A program made the translations under genes and the position numbers. Positions 49,501-59,017 of a stretch of 64,000 bases of DNA are shown here, piece by piece. Source of the DNA: a bacterium (lineage in GTDB: Bacteria > Zhuqueibacterota > Zhuqueibacteria > Residuimicrobiales > Krinioviventaceae). The DNA is taken from assembly GCA_963675755.2 (NCBI GenBank), contig CAXXMD010000003.1:1-64000 (forward strand), written 5' to 3'. Below the pieces are notes generated by a model. It was not told the origin of the DNA. It was given only the letters and a program-made list of their open reading frames with translations, and did no database searches. The first letter of the stretch is position 1. Every line of letters begins with the position of its first letter.

Positions 49501-50121
49501 TCCGTTAGCCTGACAGTCAGCGGTCCAGACGGTTCCGATACAATGTTAAAAGAGAATTACATTTCAGTAAAAGATCCGGCCCCAACAGCAAATTTCGGAG
49601 CAGATGTAATTTGGGGCAAAGTCCCACTCACTGTTAGTTTTGCTGACAGTTCTCAGGGAAAAATTGATTCCTGGTTATGGTATTTTGGAGACGGACTTAC
49701 AACTACGTCACAAAATCCAACGCATGTATACACAACTGCAGACACATTCACTGTGTCTTTAACAGTACGTGGCCCCGGTGGATCACATACAATGATCAGA
49801 AGCAATTATATTGTAGTAGACCATCCAACCTCCATAAACGACATGGCCGGGATACCGGAAAATTTCGCTTTATTACCCAATTATCCCAATCCATTCAATC
49901 CGCAAACCACAATCCGGTTTGCGGTACCTAAAAAGTCTTTTGTAAAAATAACCATATATGATGTAAATGGAAAACAGGTAAACAATTTATTCTCCGGAAT
50001 CAAAAGCCCGGGGAATCATGCCATCACATGGAACGCCTCAGGCTCTCCATCAGGTATGTATTTCATTAAAATGGATACAGACACTTTTTCATCTATTAGA
50101 AAATGTATGTTGGTAAAATAA
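46558..50121 (+). CDS. Paralogous secreted multidomain protein with 3 PKD domains and T9SS-type/FlgD-Ig C-terminal domain
   Basis: Colinear with 43251..46541 plus one extra PKD (WNFGDG x2, WYFGDG); GTG start after GGGGG. Confidence 0.9.
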   Translation: MNTMKNICLLILSIISITLSQDLQIKWSKTYNDTHGNNIDLAHDGGFVLNLGAQGIVKVNNQGIIQDDWPQDPAQYHYGYIQKCDEGYITIGNTRLEETSKLTAILKKLDNQGNLIWEKYYYKEDRGDVDVWNSGDFVKQTQDKGYILFCTSDNNADPSGDRTSFWFIKTDPYGEIEWEEGASGDYYGENTTKAVHQLSDDGYLFVYNNDYGGLTRLSPDGQEIWEKSYEKIIQYALPTDDDGFLVCGNSYSASNLAHYTAYLTKLDENGDKIWEKTFQNVSKDSYLTSITKLDNNNYMLCGRNIDASDWRLSEGWLIKTDSFGNKIWEKTFPEINNIKQILVVSENEYLLFGDKDSDVTLIKIKEYTQQGSTRLDLLDPVNNKLGVGTQLCLDWTSFENASSYLIEIDDNSDMIDPVISETVSNNSNYIIKGLSYATQYYWRVRANLPDGSNHWSNTSSFKTMPPPSIELNGTDGYCSSYVDVGDQYYTDREYIITELPEPLKNCLWIKTKNSDKYLTDDDYIQFQLKRDATIYIAYDNRASAVPHWLSSGFEQTQYTIVTSDEYCNLNVWKGQFAAGDVTLGANLATGAEGVLTNFSVLIDIPLQTLDPRNNKAGIGIDLAFSWEPLGNFGNYDLQISDNQDMSSPLYNIADIINPRYYLNELDYDKDYYWRVKAHNRSDDNAWSQKQKFHTMTEPPVDISHYSNNVLSWLEENDQYYMDQNHVVLSIPDPLKNSLWIKTENNNSQNNYDHFISISLDTRATIYVGFDSRATSLPNWLTDDYVNTGLTIKVSDEAEELNIWSRYIATGYVSLGSNMAAGAENIKSQYVVLIDFKEVSLISANFGSDVTSGFLPLTVNFADSSQGLIPITSWLWNFGDGVTSTEQNPSHTYEKTGSYAVSLTVSGADTFDTKSIGNYITVYETIPVAIFGADKTSGDLPLTVNFSDRSHGHIESWLWNFGDGTTSTDQSPSHTYENVGSYSVSLTVSGPDGSDTMLKENYISVKDPAPTANFGADVIWGKVPLTVSFADSSQGKIDSWLWYFGDGLTTTSQNPTHVYTTADTFTVSLTVRGPGGSHTMIRSNYIVVDHPTSINDMAGIPENFALLPNYPNPFNPQTTIRFAVPKKSFVKITIYDVNGKQVNNLFSGIKSPGNHAITWNASGSPSGMYFIKMDTDTFSSIRKCMLVK

Positions 50122-50125
50122 ATTT

Positions 50126-50372
50126 GTTGCCCCGGGCATCTTGTCCGGGGCTATACTTTGAAATAAAATTTCCAGGATGGAAGGATTCAAAAAAATGGAT
50201 ATACTCCAATCCTATTAATCCTCAAATTCCATAAATCATAATTCAGACAAACAGATCCCAATCAAGGTAATCCATAAATCCTGTTAATCTGGGTTTAATC
50301 CTTTAAATCATGGTTTATCATGGTAATCCTATAATCCTTGAATCTGGGTCATTCCTGTTGATCTGGGTTTAC
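50126..50372. repeat. REP-like hairpin, AGGAT/AATCC element ending in ATTCAGACAA, and AATCC tandem tract
   Basis: gccccgggc-atctt-gtccggggc (50129-50151); aaatcataattcagacaa (50233-50250); 50260-50372 resembles 42929-43095. Confidence 0.85.
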
Positions 50373-50373
50373 C

Positions 50374-51054
50374 TTAAAAAGCATATCCAATAGAAAACTC
50401 GCCTAAAAACGGGCCGCTAAACTCGTAATCTTTTTCAAATTGGTCCATTGCACTTGAAATCCCAGGAGTTGAAGGATCAACATTACGTTCCTGCTTGTAA
50501 AAACCATAACCCAAAGCAAAGTTAATATTAAAGCCATTGTTCCAAACCCATCTTTTCCCCACATTCAAACCCAAAGTAAATTCAGGCATGGTGAAATCAA
50601 AAGCCGTCCCCTCCAATTGCCCCGTGCCGTTAAACTCTCTATAGCGCACATATGTACCAAAATAGAGTGACTTTAACTGTTTGGCCACATGCCAACGATA
50701 ATTTAAAACTACCGCATAACTGCTGGCCTCAATATTGGCATCGGTAAAAGTCCCCGGTACACTTTCATAATCCAAACGTACAACCAACCCATGGGCAGGG
50801 GTAAACAGATGCTCATAGTTGGCAGAAAAATAACCAAATGCCAACGCAAGCGGACACATATTAACAGCATTGGTAAATTGTTCAACAGATGATGTATGAG
50901 AGATTCCACCCGTATCTTCCTGCGCATATAGATTGACAGCAGTAAAAAGCCCCACAAGCAGCATGGTCAAAGCAATATGATAGATACGATTTATTTTTAC
51001 AAAAAAATATTGAATTGCAAGAGCCAGAGTACTATTAGATTTTCGAGTGTTCAT
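50374..51054 (-). CDS. Outer-membrane beta-barrel protein, DUF3575-like
   Basis: SANYEH, LNYRW, GLNVGKRW, FALGYG, C-terminal SIGYAF. Confidence 0.8.
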   Translation of the reverse strand: MNTRKSNSTLALAIQYFFVKINRIYHIALTMLLVGLFTAVNLYAQEDTGGISHTSSVEQFTNAVNMCPLALAFGYFSANYEHLFTPAHGLVVRLDYESVPGTFTDANIEASSYAVVLNYRWHVAKQLKSLYFGTYVRYREFNGTGQLEGTAFDFTMPEFTLGLNVGKRWVWNNGFNINFALGYGFYKQERNVDPSTPGISSAMDQFEKDYEFSGPFLGEFSIGYAF

Positions 51055-51272
51055 AAATTAATCCTATATTTTTTTAACAGTTGTTAACCTTGAGTAACAA
51101 TCTTTACAATTTTGAATTTAATTACAATTATCCCAAGGGCAGATTCAACATCTCCAGGTTGTAATTAATTCCCCAAAGTATTGAAAATCAGATTTCTATA
51201 TACAGCATTGCAAAAATTTCATTTATCCACATAGCGAATCATCAAAAATTATCCAATCCTCACAAAAAGCCC

Positions 51273-51303
51273 TTGACCTGACTATAACTTTATAGCTTAT
51301 ATT
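51273..51303 (+). promoter_or_regulatory. MerR-type promoter and operator
   Basis: -35 TTGACC, 19-bp spacer containing the dyad CTATAA-CT-TTATAG, -10 TATATT; a MerR gene is in the same operon. Confidence 0.85.
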
Positions 51304-51331
51304 AGAGTGATAAAAAAAATGAGGAAAATTA

Positions 51332-52600
51332 ATGAAAAATCTGTTAAATCGAAATTTTGTACTCTTGTGGCAGGGTCAGCTTGTCAGCAAGACAGGAACC
51401 TTTTTATTTGAAATTGCACTGGTATTATGGATCAAAGAGCATACAAACAGCGCGGGCCTGATGTCATTAATACTCATTGCCAGTACCATACCTGCAATTT
51501 TATTGGCACCAATCGGAGGGACGTTTAGTGATATTTACTCGCGTAAAAAAATAATTGTTCTTTCAGACGTTATCAGCGGACTTTTGATCATAGCAACAAC
51601 CCTGATTCTGTCAATGAACAGTTTATCTATTATTATTAAACTGGCAGCATTGTTCATATTGTCCTTATCCCTGGGCATATGCACTGCTTTTTTTCAACCC
51701 GCTGTATCTGCTGTTATACCTCAACTGTCTCCAAAGGAAAAACTAAACGCGGCAAATTCTTTATTTCAGGCAACGTCTCAATTGTCAATGATTATTGGTC
51801 AGGGTATTGGTGGATTGCTCTTTGTAAAACTGGGTGCAATATTATTATTCTTTGTGAATGGTGCCAGTTTCATCTTTTCAGGATTTTCAGAAATGTTTAT
51901 AAAAATTCCCCAAATCACTCCCCCATCTAAAACGACACGGGAAAAAAAGTATAAACAATTTATCTCAAATATGAAAAGCGGATTTGAATATTGCCGTTCA
52001 CAGCAGGGCTTGTTGTATCTGCTTACAATTATTGGTATCTATCATTTTTTTCTCGCTCCCCTGCCGGTATTGTTGCCTTTTTGGATTTCTGACACACTGG
52101 GTTTGAGTCAGGAGTGGTTGGGATATTTAATGGCATGCTTTGCCATTGGAATCCTGGCAGGATTCACTCTTGCAGGTGTATTGGACTTTTCAACTCTACC
52201 AATAACCCGGTTTATCTCTCTATTATTTTTGTCTTCATCCGTTTTGTTTATTATATTGGGAATATCAGGTTCTTTTTTATTCAGTGCAATTTGTCTAGCC
52301 AGTTTAGGGACAATTATCGGCATTGTTGTTGTTGTTCATATAACATTTTTACAAAAAAAGGCGCAACCCGAGTATCACGGACGGGTTTTTGGCATTTTGA
52401 ATACAATTACAAATGCATCAGTACCTGTAGGTTTGGGTCTCTATGGATTATTGCTGGATGTATTAATCAATTCACCATTAAAAGTAGATCCGGTAAGGCT
52501 CATATTTATATCAAACGGAATAGCAATTTTTATAATTATTTTAGTAATGCTGATAAAAGTAAATTTGAATTTTGTTTTTGCAACGGCTACCCAGGAGTAA
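51332..52600 (+). CDS. MFS efflux transporter, DHA3 (MefA-like) family
   Basis: RNFVLLWQGQLVS, motif A GTFSDIYSRKK, GRVFG; about 12 TM. Confidence 0.93.
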   Translation: MKNLLNRNFVLLWQGQLVSKTGTFLFEIALVLWIKEHTNSAGLMSLILIASTIPAILLAPIGGTFSDIYSRKKIIVLSDVISGLLIIATTLILSMNSLSIIIKLAALFILSLSLGICTAFFQPAVSAVIPQLSPKEKLNAANSLFQATSQLSMIIGQGIGGLLFVKLGAILLFFVNGASFIFSGFSEMFIKIPQITPPSKTTREKKYKQFISNMKSGFEYCRSQQGLLYLLTIIGIYHFFLAPLPVLLPFWISDTLGLSQEWLGYLMACFAIGILAGFTLAGVLDFSTLPITRFISLLFLSSSVLFIILGISGSFLFSAICLASLGTIIGIVVVVHITFLQKKAQPEYHGRVFGILNTITNASVPVGLGLYGLLLDVLINSPLKVDPVRLIFISNGIAIFIIILVMLIKVNLNFVFATATQE

Positions 52601-52606
52601 TGTAAT

Positions 52607-53140
52607 ATGGCAGATTATACCATAAGCAAACTCGCTAAAGAATTCGGTCTTTCCCGAACGACATTGATTTATTATGATTCAATTGGACTTTTAAAGCCCG
52701 CCCGGTCAGAAAAAAAGTATAGAATCTATTCCGAATCAGACAAAAAACGCCTGCAGCATATATGCACTTATCGGGATATGGGTCTGCCCTTGAAAGAAAT
52801 TCAAACCCTGTTATCAGAAAGCGAAACACAATTCATTAACATACTTGAAAACCACTTGTCAACGCTGTCCGATAAAATCAGGCAATTGAGAAAACAGCAG
52901 CATTCCATCGTAAAATTGTTACAGGACAAATCGTTGTTGGAACACACTGGCGTAATGGACAAGGAATCCTGGGTGTCGATTCTGAGAGCATCCGGGATGA
53001 ACGACAAAGATATGGACAACTGGCACAAAGCGTTTGAATTGCAGTCACCTCAGGCCCATCAAGAATTCCTCATTTCACTGGGATTGGGAAAAACCGAGAT
53101 AGAGCGCATTCGTCGTGACGCACGCAATGAACTGGAATGA
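52607..53140 (+). CDS. MerR family transcriptional regulator
   Basis: YTISKLAKEFGLSRTTLIYYDSIGLLKP...YRIY...GLPLKEI. Confidence 0.95.
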   Translation: MADYTISKLAKEFGLSRTTLIYYDSIGLLKPARSEKKYRIYSESDKKRLQHICTYRDMGLPLKEIQTLLSESETQFINILENHLSTLSDKIRQLRKQQHSIVKLLQDKSLLEHTGVMDKESWVSILRASGMNDKDMDNWHKAFELQSPQAHQEFLISLGLGKTEIERIRRDARNELE

Positions 53141-53285
53141 AACCGAATAATAAACCAGCACCCTTTCATTTCAACCATTGCCCCTGCAATTCTTTACACA
53201 AACCTGAGATCCTGTTTGCATTTAAAATAAATTCAGACTATCTTTCACTTCAAACTGAATATCGCTCCCAACAGCAGGACTCGTA

Positions 53286-53699
53286 ATGAAATACTATCGC
53301 AATCTCTTTCTTATCTACTTTGTTGCGCATTATGCAAACGAAATGATTTTTGAATACTTTCCCAATATAGAATCCTGGGACTCTCATTCACCTTTTTATC
53401 TGGTAATGTTACCGATCATTATGTCTGTTATCTTTTCAATTTTTTACTTTATTAAAAAATTCTCTTTTAAAAAATATCTATTGGGACTGTTATGGTCCAT
53501 TTTGGGATTATTCGCGGCAAATATTATTGCATTCTTTCAATTATATATTTTCACAAAAGATAAGAGTTATTACTTTGGAGAACAAATCCCGTGGATAATT
53601 TTGTTCTTTATTATCGAGTGCCTATCCACCCTTTTCTTCACATCAATATTGTTTCCACCATTCTATTGGCTTGCTAAAAAAATCAAAAATAAATTTTAG
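53286..53699 (+). CDS. Hypothetical membrane protein (about 4 TM)
   Basis: 137-aa hydrophobic ORF, AGGA upstream. Confidence 0.7.
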   Translation: MKYYRNLFLIYFVAHYANEMIFEYFPNIESWDSHSPFYLVMLPIIMSVIFSIFYFIKKFSFKKYLLGLLWSILGLFAANIIAFFQLYIFTKDKSYYFGEQIPWIILFFIIECLSTLFFTSILFPPFYWLAKKIKNKF

Positions 53700-53851
53700 T
53701 ATTTCCCGCAAGGTGTGCGTCAGCTTTGTATCATTTACGGATCATCCCTTGCACAATCCAACGAAAAATACCTGCCTGCTAAAAAAACAGTAACCATTGA
53801 TCAATAATATTTGTATTTTCCGTAAACACTATTAATTCCGGATACAATTTT

Positions 53852-55423
53852 ATGAATATACTGTACGTCCCCATGTTGATATCGGGTATTCTGTGCACCT
53901 TGTTATCAATTATTACCTGGTTGTTTCGCCACCGAGAAAAAATCAACCGCGTATTCTCATTTTTCACCCTTACCCTGGCAATTGACAGCTTTGCATTTTT
54001 TGCATGGTTCCAGTACGGACATGTTGAGCAAATCAAAAGCTGGATGCGTTTCACATTCACAGCTGGCTTTCTCGTCCCCATTGCCCTGGTGATATTTTTC
54101 TATGCGTTTACCGGTTATGACAAAAGACCAAACGATACTGTTCTCAAGATCAAAACCGGACTCTTTAAGAAAATTGCCATAGGTTTTATCATTCTGAATA
54201 TGGTGCTTTCACAATTAACAGAACTTGTCATTAAAATATCAGACAATCCCCAACACATTTGGGATGTAGAATTTGGCAAAGTAGGAGAATCTCTTTTTAC
54301 ACTATTTGGGTTTATCTTTATCTACTTGTTTGCCATGGCAGTTAAAAGCTTTAAAACAGCAAAGGAAAAATCACAAAAACGCTTCATCATGTTTATTTCA
54401 GCAGGTACTTTGGTATGGCTGCTGTTTGGGTATATAGGAGCAGCGATTTTCCCTGCTGAAAATGTAATGTGGCAGGGAACAAACTATCTCGGCACAGCGC
54501 TCATGGCTGTATTCTTTTTTGTGGCAATCCTGAACCACCAGATTGAAAAGGTACATGAATTAAACATCGGGCTGGAACACAAAGTTGAGGAACGTACACG
54601 TGAGCTGCAGGACAAAAACCAGGTCCTCAACGACACTCTTTTCAAATTGCAGCAGATGCAGAAACAGGTCATCGTACAGGAAAAAATGGCCTCACTGGGT
54701 CAACTGGTTGCAGGTCTCACACATGAGCTGAACACGCCCATCAGCGCCATCCGCAGTATGAACGATACAAAAGCCAAAGCTGCCGCAAAACTAGAGAGTC
54801 AGTTACAATCCCTTGTTGATGTTGAAAACAATCCCGAGATCAACAAAATGATCCAAATTCTTTTAGATGCGGATAATTTGATTACCCAGGGCACCAACCG
54901 GTTAAGCGAGATTGTCAACAATTTGAAAAACTTTGTCAGACTCGACGAATCTGAAATGATGAAAACGGATATCCATGAGGGACTGAACAGTATCTTGGCA
55001 CTCATCAAACACGATATGCTTAATAATATTGAGGTTGTCAAAAATTTTGGTAAAATCCCCGAATTTTACTGTAACCCCCGCAAGCTCAACCAGGTCTTTT
55101 TCAATCTCATCAAAAACGCAAGTCAGGCCATTGATGGAACAGGAACAATCACCATAACAACCACACTTCAGAATAACAATGCTCACGTTGCTATTCAGGA
55201 TACCGGCAAAGGCATTGAACCGGAAAAAATCGATTCTATTTTTGATCCCGGATTTTCAACCAAAGATGCCACTGTCAGAGCAAGTCTGGGTTTGTCCATA
55301 TCCTCACAAATCGTACAGGAACACAAGGGAGAAATCAAAGTCGAGAGTCAACCGGGTAAAGGTTCGGTCTTTACAGTTATTCTGCCTGTTAATCTGGAAT
55401 CGGCAAATAATAAAAACAATTAA
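53852..55423 (+). CDS. Sensor histidine kinase with multi-TM (7TM-like) N-terminus
   Basis: EKMASLGQLVAGLTHELNTP, NQVFFNLIKNA, DTGKG, FSTK; about 7 hydrophobic segments. Confidence 0.93.
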   Translation: MNILYVPMLISGILCTLLSIITWLFRHREKINRVFSFFTLTLAIDSFAFFAWFQYGHVEQIKSWMRFTFTAGFLVPIALVIFFYAFTGYDKRPNDTVLKIKTGLFKKIAIGFIILNMVLSQLTELVIKISDNPQHIWDVEFGKVGESLFTLFGFIFIYLFAMAVKSFKTAKEKSQKRFIMFISAGTLVWLLFGYIGAAIFPAENVMWQGTNYLGTALMAVFFFVAILNHQIEKVHELNIGLEHKVEERTRELQDKNQVLNDTLFKLQQMQKQVIVQEKMASLGQLVAGLTHELNTPISAIRSMNDTKAKAAAKLESQLQSLVDVENNPEINKMIQILLDADNLITQGTNRLSEIVNNLKNFVRLDESEMMKTDIHEGLNSILALIKHDMLNNIEVVKNFGKIPEFYCNPRKLNQVFFNLIKNASQAIDGTGTITITTTLQNNNAHVAIQDTGKGIEPEKIDSIFDPGFSTKDATVRASLGLSISSQIVQEHKGEIKVESQPGKGSVFTVILPVNLESANNKNN

Positions 55424-55789
55424 TCTTAATTGTAATTGCGTAATCTTTATACTTGAATCTTACCTAATAATAGCGCTTGTACGCATTTTGGGGAATCACC
55501 ATATAGACTGACTTTTTCTCATTATCAGTTATCATAAGGTGCATGAATTACTCTGCTGTAATAATCTACACAATACCAAAAAAAGATCAAATTCTAACAA
55601 ATTCATTACACTAAAGGTGTTATAGATTGCATTATAAACATTCTTTATTAAAAAAGGTACAGACTCATCATTATCAAATCACAAAAAAATTCAAGAGGGT
55701 ATATTTTTAGAGCAGCATTCAAGTTACATGCCGGCAGGTATTCTAACCATTTAAAAGAACTGCAAGAGTATGATGTTAATCCTGCAAAA

Positions 55790-56983
55790 ATGGAGTCAAG
55801 AACAGCTAAAAAATTATCAACCTTTCTAGAGCATGCTGTAAAAACCACGCCTTTTTACAAGCCTTTTGGATTCAAAACAGAGTTGGACCATTTCCCTGTT
55901 TTGACAAAATCGATCCTGAAAGTACATTATAACAATTTTATCTCAAATGCATTTAACCCGGACCAGCTAAAAAAAACAAGTACCAGCGGATCCACGGGTA
56001 CACCCTTTGTATTTTATATTACACCGAACAAATTATGGCGGCGAACCGCAGAAATGCTGTTTTACAATCAAATTGCCGGGTACCTGCCGGGTATGCCTTT
56101 TGCTCAGGTTCGTACTGATAAATTCAGCAGTTTTTATAAATACGTCCACAATGCGGTTATTCTTGATCCGTCATTCATTGACCAGCAATGGTTAAAAGAA
56201 AAAAGAGACCTCCTTAGCACCCAAAGGACCGAATTCCTTGTCGGTTGGCCCAGCGTTCTGTCTCAAATTGCATCTTATTGTCAATCCAAAGGCGACAATC
56301 AAGAAACCTTTCATCTTAAAGGTATTGTTACCAGTGCTGAACCGTTAACCAGACAACTCAGAGATCAGATATCATCTGTCTTGTGCAGAAATCTATATGA
56401 TAGATATGCTACCCAGGAACTCGGTGTGGTAGCACATGAGTGCAAAATCTGCAACAGTTATCATTTGAATACCGCTTCACATTATTTCGAGTTCCTGAAA
56501 CTAGACAGTAATGAACCAGCAGACCTCAATGAATCTGCCAGATTGATCGTTACCGATTTATACTCTCATGCAATGCCGCTCATACGATACGAGATTGGTG
56601 ATATTGTTATACGTAACATCCAGACAGATAAATGCCCAGGTGCATTGAAAGTAAAAAGCATCCAGGGGCGCGTAAATGATGTAATTTATAACCCCAATGG
56701 CACAATTGTCAATTGGGCTGTTATAGAAGATATATTAAAAACAGCAGACAATTTCATCAGCGATGTGAGTCAATACCAGTTTGTACAGGAATCAATAGAT
56801 CAATACAGTTTAAAGCTTATCAGTAAAAACCACCGATCATCAAAAACAGATCTGAAAAACAAGCTGGTGCAACTGTTAGGTCTACAAGCCAAAGCCAGTA
56901 TAGAGTTTGTTCAAACAATCCCCAAACTTCCTTCAGGAAAATGCCCGGTAGTATTAAACCAGATGACACGTAATAAGGTATAA
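55790..56983 (+). CDS. Phenylacetate-CoA ligase / CapK-like adenylate-forming enzyme
   Basis: TSGSTGTP, YATQELG, MPLIRYEIGD, QGR, PSGK; true start may be upstream. Confidence 0.88.
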   Translation: MESRTAKKLSTFLEHAVKTTPFYKPFGFKTELDHFPVLTKSILKVHYNNFISNAFNPDQLKKTSTSGSTGTPFVFYITPNKLWRRTAEMLFYNQIAGYLPGMPFAQVRTDKFSSFYKYVHNAVILDPSFIDQQWLKEKRDLLSTQRTEFLVGWPSVLSQIASYCQSKGDNQETFHLKGIVTSAEPLTRQLRDQISSVLCRNLYDRYATQELGVVAHECKICNSYHLNTASHYFEFLKLDSNEPADLNESARLIVTDLYSHAMPLIRYEIGDIVIRNIQTDKCPGALKVKSIQGRVNDVIYNPNGTIVNWAVIEDILKTADNFISDVSQYQFVQESIDQYSLKLISKNHRSSKTDLKNKLVQLLGLQAKASIEFVQTIPKLPSGKCPVVLNQMTRNKV

Positions 56984-57157
56984 TCTATACATCAATATAT
57001 CCCCTGTCTTCCCCTATAACCCGACACCCTGCAACAAGGCGAGAAAAAACATATTGCTTTTGTGAATGTATCTGTTAATATTGTTAACTGTAACTATGCT
57101 TACTTTCCATGACATATTACAATCCACACAATATTCAATACAACCTCAGGAGTAAAA

Positions 57158-57973
57158 ATGAAAACCCGATTACTGCCAAATCAAATTTTCAAGATCTTAT
57201 TTCCCCTCACAATTCTGGGTCTGCTGATGTCTATATTTATCGGTTGTGCATCCCAGGAACCGGTTTCGCAAAATGATTATTACCAGATCAAAGTCTACCA
57301 ATTGAGCAGCCAATCTCAAATGGACCAGGTAGAAAGCTATCTAAAAAACGCCTATATACCGGCATTGCACCGCGCAGGTATAGCAAAAGTAGGGGTATTT
57401 AAACCCAGAGAGTTGGAATCCGAAACCAGCATGCAAGTTTGGGTATGGGTGCCTTTTAGTTCTTTTGAACAGTTTGAAGGAATGGAACAGGTACTGGCAA
57501 ATGATTCCCAGTATCAATCAGACGGTGCAGATTACATCAATGCGGCTTATGACAATCCGCCATATGACCGTATCGAAAGTACATTCTTGAAAGCATTTGC
57601 GGGAATGCCGCACTATGGCAGTTTTAGCTATGACAATCCGGTTCAGGACAGAGTCTATGAACTTCGTAGTTATGAATCTGCTACCGAAAAAGCCCACATG
57701 CTAAAAGTAGACATGTTTAACAGTGGTGAAATTGATATCTTTAACAATATCGGTGCCAATCCCCTCTTTTTCGCCAAAGTCCTTTCAGGTGCTACCATGC
57801 CTAATCTGATGTACATGACAACCTATGCCGACACACTGGTTCGTAAAAACACCTGGAGCACCTTTAGTAACCACCCGGATTGGAAAGCCATGAAACAAAT
57901 AGATAAATATAAGAATACTGTTTCCAAACACGTTCACAATTATCTTTATCCCACCGAATACTCGGATATTTAA
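57158..57973 (+). CDS. NIPSNAP family lipoprotein
   Basis: Lipobox FIGC; IPALHRAG, VYELRSYES, MPNLMYM, PTEYSDI. Confidence 0.88.
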   Translation: MKTRLLPNQIFKILFPLTILGLLMSIFIGCASQEPVSQNDYYQIKVYQLSSQSQMDQVESYLKNAYIPALHRAGIAKVGVFKPRELESETSMQVWVWVPFSSFEQFEGMEQVLANDSQYQSDGADYINAAYDNPPYDRIESTFLKAFAGMPHYGSFSYDNPVQDRVYELRSYESATEKAHMLKVDMFNSGEIDIFNNIGANPLFFAKVLSGATMPNLMYMTTYADTLVRKNTWSTFSNHPDWKAMKQIDKYKNTVSKHVHNYLYPTEYSDI

Positions 57974-57982
57974 GAATTTATT

Positions 57983-58013
57983 TCAGGCAGGGGAGAATTC
58001 TTCCCCTGCCTGA
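57983..58013 (+). terminator. Intrinsic terminator-like hairpin
   Basis: tcaggcagggga-N7-tcccctgcctga followed by ttt. Confidence 0.8.
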
Positions 58014-58188
58014 TTTCCATTTCATGCCCTAACAATACTCTTATTACTCTAATTTCCAGATCCATTACAAAAAATCATTGCTTTTAAGGGTGTATCTATT
58101 AATTTAATAAATATTCATCACTTGCAATAATTATCACATCATATTAAACAAGGTAACTTGCTTTTCAATTTTAACCTCAGGAGTAACA

Positions 58189-59007
58189 ATGAAAAACAAA
58201 TTGCTATCTAATCGTCTTTTAAAGAATCTCTTTGTCATCGCAATTCTGGGTCTTTTGCTGTCCATGTTTACTGGTTGTACAACAACCCAGGAAACAGCTT
58301 CAGACCGTGATTATTATCAGCTCAAAATTTACCAACTCAGCAGCCAGGATCAAATGGACCAGGTTGATAATTATTTAAAAAACGCTTATATGCCCGCTTT
58401 ACATCGTGCGGGAATCCCTCAAGTAGGCGTATTTAAACCCAGACAACAGGAATCCGAAACCAACATGCAGATCTGGGTTTGGGTGCCATTCAAATCATTA
58501 GATCAGTTCAAAGAACTGGATTCCATTCTTGCCAAAGACGCACAATATCAATCAGATGGCGACGCGTATATCAATGCCGCTCCGGATAAAGCTCCCTATG
58601 ATCGTATAGAAAGCATCCTTTTACTGGCCTTTTCAGCACAACCGCATTTTGGCACATTTTCTTACGACAATCCGGTCAAAGATAGAATTTATGAACTGAG
58701 AAGCTATGAATCTCCTACCGAGAAAAAACATGTCAACAAAGTAGACATGTTTAACAATGGCGAAGTTCAAACATTTAATGCAATTGGTTCCAATCCCCTG
58801 TTTTTCGGACAGGTTATTTCCGGACCTTGCATGCCCAACCTGATGTACATGACCACATACAAAGACAGTGTATCTCATGCTGAACAATGGAATAAATTCA
58901 GAACACATCCCGACTGGCTGGCAATGAAAGACCTGCCCGAGTATGCGGACAATGTTTCAAAAAACACAAAATATTATCTATACCCCACCAAATATTCTGA
59001 CATTTAG
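58189..59007 (+). CDS. NIPSNAP family lipoprotein (tandem paralogue)
   Basis: Lipobox FTGC; IYELRSYES, MPNLMYM, PTKYSDI. Confidence 0.88.
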   Translation: MKNKLLSNRLLKNLFVIAILGLLLSMFTGCTTTQETASDRDYYQLKIYQLSSQDQMDQVDNYLKNAYMPALHRAGIPQVGVFKPRQQESETNMQIWVWVPFKSLDQFKELDSILAKDAQYQSDGDAYINAAPDKAPYDRIESILLLAFSAQPHFGTFSYDNPVKDRIYELRSYESPTEKKHVNKVDMFNNGEVQTFNAIGSNPLFFGQVISGPCMPNLMYMTTYKDSVSHAEQWNKFRTHPDWLAMKDLPEYADNVSKNTKYYLYPTKYSDI

Positions 59008-59017
59008 ATCCAATATG

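Noticed and set aside
477-50372. Classical integron with attC sites
   Set aside because: No tyrosine integrase. The conserved GTTGAGG does not fit GTTRRRY, and I found no RYYYAAC…GTTRRRY pairs at the junctions. IntegronFinder would settle it.
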